Source: a virus
Taxonomy: Duplodnaviria > Caudoviricetes
IMG/VR virus record: IMGVR_UViG_3300042510_001118
Span: 1 to 24,183 of that record
Direction: 5' to 3' (one strand)
Length of the DNA stretch: 24,183 nucleotides
The notes below the pieces were generated by a model. It saw only the letters and a list, made by a program, of their open reading frames with translations. It did no database searches and was not told where the DNA came from. How positions within the stretch are numbered: the stretch's first letter is position 1; the number at the start of each line of letters is the position of its first letter. Positions 23,287 through 24,183 of this stretch are shown piece after piece. The position numbers and the translations under genes are program-made.

Positions 23287-24183
23287 TTAGCCCGCCGTGA
23301 CGATCGCCTGCGCCAGCGCCTGACCGTCGAGCACCTTGTAGCCGTAGACCTGCAGGCCACGGAGCAGGGTGCCGAAGGTGCGCTCGGAGCGGAGCGTCTC
23401 GACCTTGGTCATCTGCGACGCGAAGGTGAGCGCGTGCGGATGGCCGGCGTAGACGGCGAACTCGCCGGCAGCCAGACCGCCAGCCACGCCGTTCGGCAGG
23501 AGGTTGGACACATAGACCGTGAACCGGTCGATCATGCCCAGTCGGCCGTTGCGCAGCATGGTGACGCTGTCGCCCGACATGAACACCTGACGGAGCTCGG
23601 AGCGCTTGATCAGCGTGCCGACCCACGTCGGGATCAGGATCCAGCGGCCCATCTCCGGGATGTTCTGCTCGTCGAGCACCTGCCCGAGGCGGGTGATCAC
23701 TTCGACGACGTCGACTTTGCCCGCCGGCGCGCTGTTGGCGACGACGGAGAGCGGCGAAGTCGTGACGCCGAGGTTGATGTTGCCCGAGATCTTGCCCGCG
23801 GTGGCGCCGCGGTTGTAGGTCGCGGTGGCCTGTCCGAGGATGCCGGCGAGCACGTCGGTGTCGACGGTGATCTTCATCTGCTGCGACGCGTCATCCGACC
23901 AGAGGGCCATCTGGTTGATGTCCGACTGGACCTTCATCACGTCGTCGAGGATCGTGTTGAAGTATTTGCCCTTGTCGATCAGCAGGGTGACGATCGCCGA
24001 ACCCGGGCGCTGCACCGCCAGATCGCCACCGGCGAGGTAGTCGCTGATGGTGATGGTCGGGATGGTGCGGATGTTGACGGTGTCGCCGAAGTTCTTGATC
24101 TCGCCTTCATAATCCGTGTTCGAGATCGCAGCCAGCACGGTGGCGGCGTAGAACTTCTCGATCAGCTTGCCCGACCAGATCTC
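23287..24183 (-). CDS. Major capsid protein, 5' end outside the window
   Basis: Frame open to the edge: 'EIWSGKLIEKFYAATVLAAISNTDYEGEIKNFGDTVNI...GLQVYGYKV', a podoviral HK97-fold MCP pattern; extreme GC3. Confidence 0.9.
   Translation of the reverse strand, partial: EIWSGKLIEKFYAATVLAAISNTDYEGEIKNFGDTVNIRTIPTITISDYLAGGDLAVQRPGSAIVTLLIDKGKYFNTILDDVMKVQSDINQMALWSDDASQQMKITVDTDVLAGILGQATATYNRGATAGKISGNINLGVTTSPLSVVANSAPAGKVDVVEVITRLGQVLDEQNIPEMGRWILIPTWVGTLIKRSELRQVFMSGDSVTMLRNGRLGMIDRFTVYVSNLLPNGVAGGLAAGEFAVYAGHPHALTFASQMTKVETLRSERTFGTLLRGLQVYGYKVLDGQALAQAIVTAG

Overview
A GC-rich temperate phage segment, read entirely by eye with no database searches. The host is probably an alphaproteobacterium (GapR/DUF2312 homolog). 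It appears to be the non-integrated form, because an intact attP with a tRNA-Leu-like 3' end core lies between xis and int. Left to right: (1) a minus-strand early/replication operon (cro-like, DnaA-domain-IV-like protein, a ~340 nt highly structured interval, CII-position gene, GapR-HTH fusion, C5 DNA methyltransferase-like, DUF1064, replication initiator with internal iterons); (2) a lambda-like cI/cro switch with four 15-bp operators; (3) a plus-strand early operon (small ORFs, ERF, NUMOD4-HNH, Gam/Gp157-like, NinB, HNH, xis, attP, integrase); (4) the convergent minus-strand late operon (major capsid, two adaptors, several fibre/spike genes, a multi-gene lysis region, endolysin, spanins, HTH-metallophosphoesterase plus a small partner). 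The best candidates for undescribed biology are the multi-hairpin RNA with anti-SD-like loops at 3385-3723, the DnaA-IV plus GapR-HTH pair, the late phosphoesterase module, the multi-membrane lysis cassette and the modular receptor-binding proteins. None is confirmed as novel.
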